Shown here piece after piece: positions 46,905 to 57,515 of a stretch of DNA of 64,000 nt (position 1 is the stretch's first letter; every line of letters begins with the position of its first letter). The stretch is from the NCBI RefSeq assembly GCF_002854065.1, contig NZ_CP024154.1; one strand, written 5' to 3'. Source of the stretch: Escherichia coli (GTDB taxonomy: Bacteria > Pseudomonadota > Gammaproteobacteria > Enterobacterales > Enterobacteriaceae). Under the pieces are notes generated by a model. The model worked only from the letters and a program-made list of their open reading frames with translations. It had not been told where the DNA came from and did no database searches. Both the position numbers and the translations under genes were made by a program.

Positions 46905-47600
46905 TCAGATTCCTGCTGCGGCGTTACGGGAAACCATCTGGCTGATTTCCATGCCGCCGGGTTTGATGCGGGGGTCAACGCGCCGGACAGTGATTTCAAA
47001 GGTGAAGGCCTGTTCGGGGCGGGTGCTGGTCTGACCGACCAGGCGCATCCTGACCGGATACTGGAATTTCCAGAACCAGACGCCGTTCTCCATCTGTCCC
47101 TGGTTGACCAGGGTACCTGCCCCGATAGTGGTTGTGAGGTTAAATTTCTCCTTTTTAATAGTGTCGAGAATGTTCGAGGCCTGAAGGGCATTCACATAGC
47201 CGGCAAAGCCGGCTTCGGAAAAGCGGGGGGCCTGTGTCGTGATTTGTTTTCGGTAGTGGACAAAATCGAGATTGAAGGCTTCGCTCAGCGTCATGCTGCC
47301 AAAGTTCATGACGTCGCTCTGACTCCAGGCCGGCTGGCTGGTTGGTGCCAGACGGACCAGTCGGCCATTGTCAGTGGCAAAGTATTCGCGCGTCACGCCG
47401 GTGGCATGCCAGTACTGTATGCCATTAGCCACCAGGCTGATGCAGAGTGCTGCGCCGCTGTACAGCAACGCCCTGACCAGACCGGGTACCAGCGCGGCCC
47501 GTTGTTCTGACTGTGCGATGGTTCTGAGCACGGGGTTATAAATATCTCCGCTGTTATCCGCTTCCGGTGAGACAGGGGAGGTGGGTTGTGCTTCGCTCAT
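46905..47600 (-). CDS. TraM-like membrane protein (by position)
   Basis: 231 aa with TM segment. Confidence 0.55.
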   Translation of the reverse strand: MSEAQPTSPVSPEADNSGDIYNPVLRTIAQSEQRAALVPGLVRALLYSGAALCISLVANGIQYWHATGVTREYFATDNGRLVRLAPTSQPAWSQSDVMNFGSMTLSEAFNLDFVHYRKQITTQAPRFSEAGFAGYVNALQASNILDTIKKEKFNLTTTIGAGTLVNQGQMENGVWFWKFQYPVRMRLVGQTSTRPEQAFTFEITVRRVDPRIKPGGMEISQMVSRNAAAGI

Positions 47601-47611
47601 GGTGCTCCTGT

Positions 47612-47962
47612 TCAGAGGTTGTAGTCTTTCCAGGGGTCGATATTCCCCGGAAGATGGTCATTCACCCGATCCACGACGGCATCACAGACCTGGTTTTCCA
47701 GGTCGCGGAGGAGCTTGTCCAGGCTGGGGAACTGCGGAAGAGTGATACTGATGTCCTTGATGCGGGACAGGCAGGACTGCAGGGAGGAGGCGACGTCATT
47801 CTCCCGCTGTGACCATGCCTGGCTGGCTGTGCGCGCCCGCTCCCAGGCGGCTCTGCTGCCGGCTTCGGCAGCGGCCCCCGCCCGGCAGGTGGCGGCACCT
47901 GCCACCGGTGATGCCAGGGTGATGCCGGTCAGTATGACCAGCAGCGTTTTTTTCATGTTCAT
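47612..47962 (-). CDS. TraL-like small secreted protein (by position)
   Basis: Signal peptide; SD AAGGA before ATG 47962. Confidence 0.5.
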   Translation of the reverse strand: MNMKKTLLVILTGITLASPVAGAATCRAGAAAEAGSRAAWERARTASQAWSQRENDVASSLQSCLSRIKDISITLPQFPSLDKLLRDLENQVCDAVVDRVNDHLPGNIDPWKDYNL

Positions 47963-47978
47963 GGTCGTCCTTACCGGC

Positions 47979-50900
47979 TCATCGGCCGGGGCTGTGGGAT
48001 TGTGCCTGTTGCAGAGTTTTTTCCTGCCTGTCCTCCGCCTTTTGGCTGTCAGACCACTCTTTCCAGGTCTGCTCAAAACCCAGAGAGCGGAAAAGCTTGT
48101 CCGGTTGCTCTTCCGGTTTGTGGATGGCGGCAAACAACGGGGAGTCCTGTTGCTTCAGGTGAAACTGCATTATTTGTGGGGACGGACGCTGATGATTATT
48201 CTCATCATGGTTAACAGCTTCACCGTAACCGGCAAACTGCAGACCGTTATCCGTCAGGGCATTGATAACCAGCTGACGGTTGTCAGCTGACGGGGTGGCC
48301 AGTGCCGGGTAAAGGGTGCCGTTCAGGCGGACCACGCCCTGCAGATGATCATCTGCGCTGTGGACCAGCAGAAGATTCAACTGACGATTGTCCTTATCGG
48401 CAGAGGCGATGGCTGGTATCAGTTCATTGGGGGCATTACCAGCGAGGGGGAGTCGCATTGATTGATCCTGAGGTGCTGATGCAGGTTGCCTGTCTTCACC
48501 AATGTACAGATTATTGGGAGGATTTTTGGGGGAGCGAACTTCCTGCATTATCTGTGGCCAGTGTTGTTGCATCTGTAACATCACCTGGCTGAATGTTGCC
48601 ATCGGAAACTCCAGGGTATGCTGACCCGCATGAGGTTGGTCATTATTAACGGTAATGCCGTTACTGACCGGGGTTATGGCCCAGATATTACGGATACGAT
48701 CCCGCGTTTCACCGGACAGCCGGAATGTTTCTCTCGCCTGCAGTGTCAGTGTGACGGGGTCACCCTTCTGATGGTTTTTGACCAGTTCTTCCAGGCCGTT
48801 TCCCCAGTATTCCCGTTTGCCACTGCGGTTGGTGAGCTCCACAAAAAAGCAGCGCCCTTTTCCGGGCGCATACTCTTTTTCTCCGTAGTTTGTCAGGACG
48901 GCAGTCACACTTTCACCGGGGCTGAGCTTGCCGGGCGGCTCTTCCACCGGTGTGTCGGGTTGCTGCGGCTGTGCACTGACAGGGGCTTTTTCTGGCGCAG
49001 ACGACGGGGCGGCGGGGTGTTCCGGTCTGTCGGCCCGGGGGGCTTCAGCTTTTGCCGTGACCGGCGCTTCCGGATGCGGTGTTTCAGCCGTACTGCCTGC
49101 TGTTTGTTCAGCCTCTGCCTTCGGTGACACAGGGGGGGCCGGTTGGGCCATTGTTGTCTCTTCCGGTGACTGGCGGTTGAGTTCCGGCGTGGGTCTGTGG
49201 GTGACAATGGCATCATGCGCCATCTCTTTTTCCTTGCGGAGTTTTTCCAGTGCTGCCCGCTGGGCCGGGAGTTTCATGCGAACCTTGATGTCGTATTCGA
49301 CAATCAGCTGCATGGCTTTTTGCTTAAAGGCATCACTGCCGGTCAGCTCGATAACGCCGCCATAGAAGTTGGTGGCCACAGCAAGGGCAGCCAGGACCTT
49401 TTTGTCATCCGCGCTGGCGCCATCCACCATTTCGAGACAGTAGAGTCTGTCCAGGAAGGCGGGTTCACCGTCAACGCTGTAGAGCGCAGTCCTGTCGGGA
49501 AACTCTTTGTGTGTAAGATTTTTAAGGATCTCGTCCAGGTTGTGCCGCTGCGGACTGTCGGGACGGCGGGGTGCAAAGATAATCGTGTCCGGTTCCGCTG
49601 ACGATGTGTCTTCCGGGCTGGTTTCCGGTGGTGATGGTGGTGCGACCTCCTCTGTTGCTGTTTCAGCCTCCGTGGGCTTTTTCTCCTGAATAACGGAAGG
49701 TTCTGAGGTGCGTGATTTCACACCGGTCAGAAAACGGCGCAGACGGCTGAAAAGCGATGGCGTTTCAGGGCGGGCTGCTTCATTCGCTGTGCTGGTCTCA
49801 GTGGCGGACACAAGACGCTCTTCCTGCAGTTTATCTTCAGCCGTCGGTTCAGCGGTGGCCTGCCGGACTGGCTGAGTTTCTGCAGGTTCAGAAGGTGAGG
49901 CTGTTTCTGCTGTGCCGGTGTTGTGAACAGCAACCGTGGCATCGGCATTGAGCTCCTCAGCGGGTGCGTTCCTGTTGTCATCGGTGATGTCAGAGGAGTG
50001 CTCTGCGCCGGTCTCAGCGGCAGACGCAACGCTCTTTTCCTGTGCTTTATCTTCTGCCGTCAGTTCAGTGGTCACCTGCTGAACTGGCCGCATCCCGGCC
50101 GGTTCAGAAACTGTATTTGTCTCCGCGTTGTCGGTGTTGTGAACAGTGGGGGCCCCCGGAGTGTCAGCGTTGAGATCTTCCGCAAATGCGCTCCAGTCGT
50201 CAGCGCTGGCCATGGAAACCTGCACTTGTTCTTCAGACTGCGTTGTGGTGGTGTGCTGTGTCCCGGCCGCGTCGGAGAGGGAGGTTTCCGGTGTGTCTTC
50301 ACTCCGGGGATGTTCTTCTGCCTGCGTGCTCTGGTTGTCAGCGGTGGTGGCAGAGGCATTTTCTTCACCGGTATCAGCGGTAGCCACAGAGGCATTTTCT
50401 TCTCTGGTATCGGCAGCGGAAACAACGTTCTCGTGTGGTTTATCTTCTGCGGTCGGTTCAGTGGTTGCCTGCTGCACGGACTGCATCCCGGCAGGTTCAG
50501 GAAGCGTTCCTGTTTCTGCTGTGTCGCTGTTGTGAGCGGTGTCTGTACCTGTGGCGTCTGTATTGAGGTCTTCCTGGTCGCCAGCGGTAGGCACAGAGGT
50601 ATTCTCTGTGCCGGTATCAGCGGCAGACGCAATATTCTCCAGTGGTTTATCCGGGGATAACGTCTCCGCAGTTACTGATTGCAGGGATGCATAGGCGGCA
50701 TAGTCATCTTCATATGCCTGGTTTTCTGTATCGTCGGAGTGGGTGTCATAAGGCGTATCCTGTGTCGCCAGCTCCGTTTCCGGGGCTGTGCTCTGTCTGT
50801 TTTCAGGGGACATTTGTGGCTTCTCATCTTTTACCGGTGTGAATATCAGGTTGTCGATCACGACAGCCTCACGATGGTCGGCAGTGTCACTGTTGGGTGT

Positions 50901-52040
50901 GGGGATACCGATATGTTTTAACTGTGCATTCATGGCATTCTGAAAGTTGTCCCGTCCCCGGCTGGCGTCCAGGTCATTGAAATCGGTCAGTCCCTGTGCT
51001 TTTTCCGCCTCCGTAAAGGCCGGAATAATGACTTCGCCATTCGTGACTTCTGCGGCCTTTGTTGCACTAAAAACCCCTTTGTTAATTTCCCGTTGATGAT
51101 CGTTGTCGGCACAGAAGACAAAGGGGCTGTCAGTCCAGATTTGGCGGGCATTTTCTGCCACGGCAATCATATTGCTGGCATCAACTGTCATCAGAACCGG
51201 AAGGCCGGTTGCTTCGTGCAGGGAGGCTGCAGTAGCGTAACCTTCCGCAAATAACAGGGGGCGGCCATTTTCCGGGGTTCCGAAGGTGAACCAGTTGCCG
51301 GTTTTCTCGGAGTCTTTCAGAATGCGGGCATCCTTCCCGCCGGTGACCGGAATACGCTGGTACGAACGTATTTCTCCCCGGCCGTTGCTGAAGGGAATAA
51401 CCAGCTCATTTTTATTGTTCAGCCGCACGCCAGGCGCGGCCCGGATGCCCTTGCGCGTCAGGTATTCATGTGCTGTTGCCTGTGGCAACCTGTTAATATA
51501 GGAGCGGGCATAGCCGGCCTGTTTGTTATACTGTTGCTGCAGTTTACGTGCGTTATCATCGCGCTGTTGCTGAGCGAATGCCCGCAGATGCAGTCTGGCC
51601 AGAGGATCGTGTTGTTCTCCGCCGGAAAATACCCAGTTTGTGGGACTGTCATCGGCGCTCCGGTAGTCGCGGTACCAGCCGGCGGGACGACCATCAAGAT
51701 AGGCCCTGTATGCGCCACTTTTGGCCCCTTTTTTGTCATCCCGGGTGGCCACTCTGTGTATGGCTCCGTCCATCTGTGGCAATCCCTGAATAACCAGCCC
51801 GGCGTTTTCCAGGACCTGAGCAAATTCAGTGACCGGATCGCCGGCATCCATCGACAGTTCCTGTGGCCGGGGTAACCAGCGCTCCAGCAGTGAAAGTTCG
51901 GTACCCGCCCGGGCATACCAGAGCTTTTTTTCTGGATCCCATGCGACAGCTTTGCGGCCATTTAACGGGGGAACCGCATTTTTTACGGCTTCTGTCTCCT
52001 CAGGCGGGACAGCAAGCCAGGTTCGATATCTGGACTTCAT
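47979..52040 (-). CDS. sogL: Sog DNA primase (SogL), transferred with the DNA during conjugation
   Basis: 1353 aa; N-terminal primase/Toprim-like region (EGYATAASLHEATGLPVLMTVDASN); long acidic repeat-containing linker. Confidence 0.85.
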   Translation of the reverse strand: MKSRYRTWLAVPPEETEAVKNAVPPLNGRKAVAWDPEKKLWYARAGTELSLLERWLPRPQELSMDAGDPVTEFAQVLENAGLVIQGLPQMDGAIHRVATRDDKKGAKSGAYRAYLDGRPAGWYRDYRSADDSPTNWVFSGGEQHDPLARLHLRAFAQQQRDDNARKLQQQYNKQAGYARSYINRLPQATAHEYLTRKGIRAAPGVRLNNKNELVIPFSNGRGEIRSYQRIPVTGGKDARILKDSEKTGNWFTFGTPENGRPLLFAEGYATAASLHEATGLPVLMTVDASNMIAVAENARQIWTDSPFVFCADNDHQREINKGVFSATKAAEVTNGEVIIPAFTEAEKAQGLTDFNDLDASRGRDNFQNAMNAQLKHIGIPTPNSDTADHREAVVIDNLIFTPVKDEKPQMSPENRQSTAPETELATQDTPYDTHSDDTENQAYEDDYAAYASLQSVTAETLSPDKPLENIASAADTGTENTSVPTAGDQEDLNTDATGTDTAHNSDTAETGTLPEPAGMQSVQQATTEPTAEDKPHENVVSAADTREENASVATADTGEENASATTADNQSTQAEEHPRSEDTPETSLSDAAGTQHTTTTQSEEQVQVSMASADDWSAFAEDLNADTPGAPTVHNTDNAETNTVSEPAGMRPVQQVTTELTAEDKAQEKSVASAAETGAEHSSDITDDNRNAPAEELNADATVAVHNTGTAETASPSEPAETQPVRQATAEPTAEDKLQEERLVSATETSTANEAARPETPSLFSRLRRFLTGVKSRTSEPSVIQEKKPTEAETATEEVAPPSPPETSPEDTSSAEPDTIIFAPRRPDSPQRHNLDEILKNLTHKEFPDRTALYSVDGEPAFLDRLYCLEMVDGASADDKKVLAALAVATNFYGGVIELTGSDAFKQKAMQLIVEYDIKVRMKLPAQRAALEKLRKEKEMAHDAIVTHRPTPELNRQSPEETTMAQPAPPVSPKAEAEQTAGSTAETPHPEAPVTAKAEAPRADRPEHPAAPSSAPEKAPVSAQPQQPDTPVEEPPGKLSPGESVTAVLTNYGEKEYAPGKGRCFFVELTNRSGKREYWGNGLEELVKNHQKGDPVTLTLQARETFRLSGETRDRIRNIWAITPVSNGITVNNDQPHAGQHTLEFPMATFSQVMLQMQQHWPQIMQEVRSPKNPPNNLYIGEDRQPASAPQDQSMRLPLAGNAPNELIPAIASADKDNRQLNLLLVHSADDHLQGVVRLNGTLYPALATPSADNRQLVINALTDNGLQFAGYGEAVNHDENNHQRPSPQIMQFHLKQQDSPLFAAIHKPEEQPDKLFRSLGFEQTWKEWSDSQKAEDRQEKTLQQAQSHSPGR

Positions 52041-52103
52041 GTCGTTCTCCGGGGATTAAAGATGAGGGCGTTGTGATACGCCGGGATGATGAACAAAAGA
52101 GGG

Positions 52104-52394
52104 TTATTCCGTTCCGCGCCATTCACGGGGTAATTCTGTGCGATGCCGGTACCACCAGGGACGGCCTGACGCCTGTTTACCCTGCACCAGGCTGTACAGA
52201 CGCCGGCAGAGCGTCCGGACAGTCCATCCTGAGTACCCCAGGAGCACAAAAAACAGCAGAATGCCGCTGCACACCCAGAATGTTGTTTTTGACGGATACG
52301 GAAACAGCAGCAGGTAAATCATGGTAAACGGCAACGGGACACCATAAATATTCAGTGGCGGAGTGACATCCCGCCAGAAGCCTTCGCGTTTCAT
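52104..52394 (-). CDS. TraK-like small membrane protein (by position)
   Basis: 96-aa ORF coupled to traJ. Confidence 0.45.
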   Translation of the reverse strand: MKREGFWRDVTPPLNIYGVPLPFTMIYLLLFPYPSKTTFWVCSGILLFFVLLGYSGWTVRTLCRRLYSLVQGKQASGRPWWYRHRTELPREWRGTE

Positions 52395-53539
52395 TTGGGG
52401 AATTCTCCGGCCGGGATGAAGAGCGCAGCTTCTGATGCCTCAATGCTGCCCGTCTGATACATGGTCAGAACCTGATCCCGTATCCGCCGTTTTTCCTTGC
52501 GAATGATTTCATCAATGTAATGCCCCCATGTCGCATGGGACTGCCGGGAGAGCGTATCACGCAGTTCGTCAGTTATGACGATGTATTCCCGGACGGCCTG
52601 TCTGCCACCGTCATTTGTTCTGACCAGGACCTGCACCAGAATGAACTGCACCAGGGAAAGGGTGGCGGCTGCCATTGAATCCCTGATTTCCGGTGGAAAT
52701 AACCCCAGCAGCCGGGCAAAGGTTTCACCGGGTGATTTGGTGTGCATGGTGCCGATGCAGAAGTGACCGGTGTTACCTGCCTGGACGGCTGCATCTGCCG
52801 TTTCATAATCCCTGATTTCACCGATACCGATGATGTCCGGGTTACGGCGAACGGCAGAGCGAAGTCCTGCCGCAAAACTTTCCACATCACGCCCGATTTC
52901 GGCCTGATGGGGTGGCAGAAGGTCATTCTCTCCCCCCAGAATGTATTCCACCGGATCTTCATAGGTCACCGTTTTGCGGTCGGGGAAATGCGTCTGAATG
53001 TAGCGGTACAGTGCCGCTGCCAGTGTGGATTTACCGGAGCCGGTCTCTCCGCAGATGAAACCCAGACCGGTTTTCCGGAGCATGGCATCCAGCAGGTCCG
53101 GTTCAATATTCATGGTGAGGATGTCCGGAATATCGGACGGGATCACCCGCATGGTGACGGAGATTACTTTTTCTTCTGTTGCTGATGTTCCCTGAATCAG
53201 ATGACAGCGCAGGCGAACACGCTGCCCCCGTTGCAGACCGTAGCGACCGGAGGCATCACCGCTGACCTGAATGGTACGGTCCACGGGATGACCGGACAGC
53301 ACCCGGGGAAGGACTTCCCGTCCAAACAATTCATCACTCAGCGCCATCATGATGGAGGACGGCAGAGGATGTGCGGACGAACGTACCCGCCGTCCAAAGC
53401 GACTGACAGATACCGGTGAGCCGCCTGTCAGATCGATATCACTGACGCGGTGTCGGGCACACCAGGCAAAAAAATAGCGAAACTCTTCGGCCGTGAAACG
53501 GGCGAAAGGGAATGTGCCGAACTCATCGGGTAATTTCAT
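52391..53539 (-). CDS. traJ: TraJ conjugation ATPase (DotB/PilT/VirB11-like)
   Basis: Walker A GETGSGKST; 382 aa. Confidence 0.85.
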   Translation of the reverse strand: MKLPDEFGTFPFARFTAEEFRYFFAWCARHRVSDIDLTGGSPVSVSRFGRRVRSSAHPLPSSIMMALSDELFGREVLPRVLSGHPVDRTIQVSGDASGRYGLQRGQRVRLRCHLIQGTSATEEKVISVTMRVIPSDIPDILTMNIEPDLLDAMLRKTGLGFICGETGSGKSTLAAALYRYIQTHFPDRKTVTYEDPVEYILGGENDLLPPHQAEIGRDVESFAAGLRSAVRRNPDIIGIGEIRDYETADAAVQAGNTGHFCIGTMHTKSPGETFARLLGLFPPEIRDSMAAATLSLVQFILVQVLVRTNDGGRQAVREYIVITDELRDTLSRQSHATWGHYIDEIIRKEKRRIRDQVLTMYQTGSIEASEAALFIPAGEFPK

Positions 53540-54359
53540 CGGGGGCTCCTTCCGTGCTGACGACCGGACGCCAGCGTGATTTCTGCAGGGTGAATTCCGC
53601 GTGTGTCTTCAGACGGCGGACGTGGTCTCCGGTGATGAGTTTCCTGCCGTTACCGGTGACGGTCTGCCGCTGTTCAGTCACATCCGGGCGTGTGATCATG
53701 CCCTGACGCCAGAGCAGGGCATAAAGCATCATTCCCCGGTAATCCCGGGTCAGGCGTTTCTGGTTGGCTTCCAGGGTGAGGTCAGCGTTGTCACGGCCTT
53801 CCTGCCAGCCCTGGCGGAGTGCGTTTTCCCAGAGTCTGCGCTGTGCGCGGTCTTCCGGTACAACACGGCCCTCAGTTCCCGGGGTGGCGGTAGTGGAAAG
53901 CCCCCGCAGAAGCCAGTCACGCCAGCCCGGCGGGTTACTGACAAAACGTTCGGGGCGCAGGATGGTCCAGACACGGGACGCGGTTCTTATCTGGTCAGGC
54001 TGAATGTGAGCAACATCCTGCGCTTCATCAATAACAGGGGGTAGCCAGCCTTCCCTGCTGATAAGGGGACGGAAGTCATACAGGGCATTCAGTGTACTTT
54101 CCCGGGCATTCAGTGCCTGAATCAGTTCCCATGAGCGCTGTGCTTTTCCGCCACGGAATCCCAGCGTTCGTCCGGCGTCCGTGAGCATCTGGCGACGGGT
54201 GTCTGAAATGCCGTCATCCTGGTTGTCAGTGGGCGTCAGCCATGCCCGGAGATCCGGCGGTGGTAAATTGCCTGCCATACCGGCAGGGGGGCGATGGTGC
54301 TGTCCGGCACAGCCTGCCAGCAGGAGCCCGGACAGCAGGAGACAGACCTGTTTTTTCAT
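53523..54359 (-). CDS. TraI-like lipoprotein (DotC-like)
   Basis: Lipobox LLLAGCAG; 278 aa. Confidence 0.6.
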   Translation of the reverse strand: MKKQVCLLLSGLLLAGCAGQHHRPPAGMAGNLPPPDLRAWLTPTDNQDDGISDTRRQMLTDAGRTLGFRGGKAQRSWELIQALNARESTLNALYDFRPLISREGWLPPVIDEAQDVAHIQPDQIRTASRVWTILRPERFVSNPPGWRDWLLRGLSTTATPGTEGRVVPEDRAQRRLWENALRQGWQEGRDNADLTLEANQKRLTRDYRGMMLYALLWRQGMITRPDVTEQRQTVTGNGRKLITGDHVRRLKTHAEFTLQKSRWRPVVSTEGAPDEITR

Positions 54360-54814
54360 TTTTTCTCCGTTGGCATATAGGAAAGATGTAAACGCCCGGC
54401 TGACTGTGAGAGGACTGCCCGCCAGGCAGTCTGGGCCTCTGTGAGACGAAGGGCATCAGCGAAGGTCATATCGCGTACATGGAGTGAGACGGGCAGGGGA
54501 AGACGCACGCCGCTGTAACTGAACTGTTGTCCGCGCAGACGGGCCAGCTCGCTCAGGAGCTCCAGAGCATCGCCTTCCCAGTCAAAGGAAACCCGCCCGC
54601 TGTGAGCCTGCAGGCTGCCTCCGGGCTGGCGGGAAGGCAGGGCTGCAGAATACGTGCCCTGCTCCCACAACTGATACTGTGCATGTCGTGTGACAGCGAC
54701 TTCAGAAGCTGCACCGTACTTCCTGGCCGGTGCGGTATTATCCGGGGGAAGATGACAGCCGCTCAGACAGAGCATGGCAACTCCCCCTGCAAGGGTGATA
54801 CGTTTTTTTTGCAT
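54356..54814 (-). CDS. TraH-like lipoprotein
   Basis: Lipobox LCLSGCHL; 152 aa. Confidence 0.55.
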   Translation of the reverse strand: MQKKRITLAGGVAMLCLSGCHLPPDNTAPARKYGAASEVAVTRHAQYQLWEQGTYSAALPSRQPGGSLQAHSGRVSFDWEGDALELLSELARLRGQQFSYSGVRLPLPVSLHVRDMTFADALRLTEAQTAWRAVLSQSAGRLHLSYMPTEKK

Positions 54815-54917
54815 GGTTTTATCCGGAAAATAATGAACAGGACTGGCGGTGAGTGGCCAGAAGAGCGGAAACGAGCAGATTCAGGTCAGAAGCCCCGGGC
54901 GTCCCGGGGCGTGATAA

Positions 54918-56120
54918 TCAGAAGGTGAACTGTAACTGAGCAATGGCACCGTAGTTGTTGTCGGTGCCCACGAGGCCGGCGACATCAATGTGAATCACAT
55001 CAAACGGTGAGAGCCCAATCCCGGCAGTGAATGCACTGCCGTTGTTGCTGGCCAGATTCTGGCGGTAACCGGTACGTAACTGTGCCCATTTCCAGGCATT
55101 AAACTCAGCACCTACGGCGGCAAACTGACGTTTGCTGTCTGATGTGAAGCCGCTGGCCGGGGTCAGATCCACATCCAGTGCCGTGGTGAACATGTCGTTG
55201 TGCCATGATACGCCGGTTGTTACCTGCGGACGGATCCTGAAGGTTTCAGTGACACCATGTACCTCTTTGGTCTCAATGCTGCGTGGGATCAGGTTCTGTG
55301 CGACCAGACCCAGCGTCCAGTTGTCATCCAGGTCCATGCTGGCACCGATATCAGCGTTAATACCGTTTTGGGTGTTGTGGTAACGGTCACCTTTGAATGC
55401 GCTGCTGTCATAGTTTTTGATCAGCGTATTGTAGTTAAACAGGTCAACACGCTGGAATTTTGGTGTGAAGCCCAGTGACCATTTTTGTCCGGCCGTTTCC
55501 AGTTCAGTGGCCAGCGCAACGCCCACATCGGTGATCAGTGCGGCACGGGCAAAAGCCTGTGAGGTCAGTCTGTTTTTATCCACATCCTGGCTGCCACTGT
55601 CTGCAATGCTTTCCAGATAGTTCAGGTCGGCATCGCTGACTTTACCGTCGACGCTGACAGTCCCGAGCGTTTTCAGCATCAGTGCAGCAGCGAGGGTATC
55701 ACCGGGAAGGGCCGCCACAGCAGATACCCCGGCCTGTGCGCTGGCATGGGTGTTCCGGAAGTCCTGCAGTCTCTCTTTCAGGCGGGCCGCTGTCTGCGGT
55801 ACCCCGGAGTGGCTGTCGACGGCACGGTCGAAGGCTTTCCAGTCATCGCTGATTTTGTCGGCGTTGTCGGCGATATTACCCGGATCGGACAGCTGCGCAC
55901 CCACGGACGGAAGCAGAAGACTGAAGTCATCTTTTGCACCGGATTTTGTCAGCAGTGCCGGGTTTGCCAGTGGGGCCACACCATAGTGAGAGGAGGCAAC
56001 CCCCGTTCCTCCCATCGCATCATTGCGGGCTTCAAAATATGACGTTGCTGCAGTCGAATTAAAGGAAAATAAAACGGCAGACGCGATGAGAGTACGGGTA
56101 ATATGCTTTTTCATCATCAT
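54918..56120 (-). CDS. outer-membrane beta-barrel protein (TraF/TraG-like by position)
   Basis: Signal peptide; C-terminal aromatic residue (QLQFTF) typical of outer-membrane proteins. Confidence 0.55.
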   Translation of the reverse strand: MMMKKHITRTLIASAVLFSFNSTAATSYFEARNDAMGGTGVASSHYGVAPLANPALLTKSGAKDDFSLLLPSVGAQLSDPGNIADNADKISDDWKAFDRAVDSHSGVPQTAARLKERLQDFRNTHASAQAGVSAVAALPGDTLAAALMLKTLGTVSVDGKVSDADLNYLESIADSGSQDVDKNRLTSQAFARAALITDVGVALATELETAGQKWSLGFTPKFQRVDLFNYNTLIKNYDSSAFKGDRYHNTQNGINADIGASMDLDDNWTLGLVAQNLIPRSIETKEVHGVTETFRIRPQVTTGVSWHNDMFTTALDVDLTPASGFTSDSKRQFAAVGAEFNAWKWAQLRTGYRQNLASNNGSAFTAGIGLSPFDVIHIDVAGLVGTDNNYGAIAQLQFTF

Positions 56121-56221
56121 TTCAGTTTCCTGTATTGAGGTATTTTGGGTATAACAACAGAGGGCACGGCTGTGCCATTAAAAACAGTTGGTGTATTATT
56201 CCAGTTTATTGCTCAGTATTA

Positions 56222-57043
56222 TTACCAGGGGGATAACGGAACCCTGAATAACGCAGTGGGTAATATTTTTCCTGTTATCAGATATTCTGCCTGTGCCGGA
56301 GTGAGTGTTACGGCGCGAACAGGGATATCCGGAGATATTTTTCGGGCCATCTGAAACCAGCCTTCTTTTTCTATATCCATTCTGGCCGGATATAACGAAA
56401 GTACCGGATAAATAATGGTGTTATTAATTTCTTTTTTCTGCCTGAGCAGAACGCCGCAATATTCTCCGGAATGCGTTCCGGCAAACGGAAAACCATGCCA
56501 GAGAATAATGTCCATATTCTCGCGGGCTGAAATAATCCTGCAGAATATCTCCTGTGTGGCTGGCCAGTCTCCCGGACGATACAGTGGATAATGCACCCTG
56601 CCGTTCAGCCATTCCGGACTGAGATAAAACCAGTCAGCCAGTGCTGCAAGAATCTCCCCGGTCAGATAGTCAGTGAGTCTGTCCGGCTCCCGGAAGACGG
56701 CAGGGCGGATATTCCAGGGGGCCAGTAATGCAGCCATCGTTGTTGCGCTGATATCATGTGCCTGCATGATGTGCTCCATCCTGCTGAGAAGACGGCGGAC
56801 GATGTTATCTGCAGGAAGAAACATTTCACTTAACGCGTCTTCGACCAGGATACGCGTCAGGTCAGAGACGGAAAGAGAAAGCTGTTCGCTCATGATACCA
56901 AGGGCATCCCTGACTCCCTGCGGATAACGAACCTGCAGGGGTGTGGACTGCAGCTGGCGATGACTGAGCAGGCATTCGCAAATTCGCTCCCTGTCCAGGG
57001 AGAGCATCATACGGGCGGCAATACCTGTGCTGTCAGTTTTCAT
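56222..57043 (-). CDS. hypothetical protein (273 aa), TraE-like by position
   Basis: ORF; no tyrosine-recombinase motifs. Confidence 0.4.
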   Translation of the reverse strand: MKTDSTGIAARMMLSLDRERICECLLSHRQLQSTPLQVRYPQGVRDALGIMSEQLSLSVSDLTRILVEDALSEMFLPADNIVRRLLSRMEHIMQAHDISATTMAALLAPWNIRPAVFREPDRLTDYLTGEILAALADWFYLSPEWLNGRVHYPLYRPGDWPATQEIFCRIISARENMDIILWHGFPFAGTHSGEYCGVLLRQKKEINNTIIYPVLSLYPARMDIEKEGWFQMARKISPDIPVRAVTLTPAQAEYLITGKILPTALFRVPLSPW

Positions 57044-57515
57044 TTCACCTCCATGCGGGTCAGCGTGTTTTGTTCATAAATTGAGTCTAAAGAGAGTGTT
57101 TTTTAAACGGAAGCGAGTTATTTCGATCGTTATGATCGAGTGTGTTTCAAGAGTGTTTGCAACTCTGTTTTAAGGGCGAATGAAAAGGATTCGGACAGGA
57201 GGTGACTGAGCATGCTGGCATGAGATATTGCCAGTCCCCGGGTTTCTGCACGGGTTTCAAGGTCGAAATCGTGCAGTGTCACGACAAACAGCCCGTTTCT
57301 GCACCCGACAGTTGCAGGGTAGGGAACAAAATAAGGGGAAATTTTGCTGGTCTGTTTACGCCTGGCATCGAGTTTGCTGACCAGCTGATATGCCCGGAGA
57401 TTTATTTCATTTGCCGTGCCAGTGGGAGCGTCATATCAAATCATCTCCAGACCAACACAAAATTACGCCTGTGGTAACGGTGTTTTCTCTGTGTATGCCT
57501 ATCAGATGTGAGTCC

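Noticed and set aside
47979-52040. Numerous 60-250-aa ORFs on both strands inside sogL
   Set aside because: They are embedded in a single 1353-aa reading frame with primase motifs and internal repeats; repeat-rich GC-rich sequence produces shadow ORFs
56222-57043. Possibility that this gene is the rci shufflon recombinase
   Set aside because: At 273 aa it is too short and shows no tyrosine-recombinase signature (R..H..R..Y); treated as a tra-region protein instead
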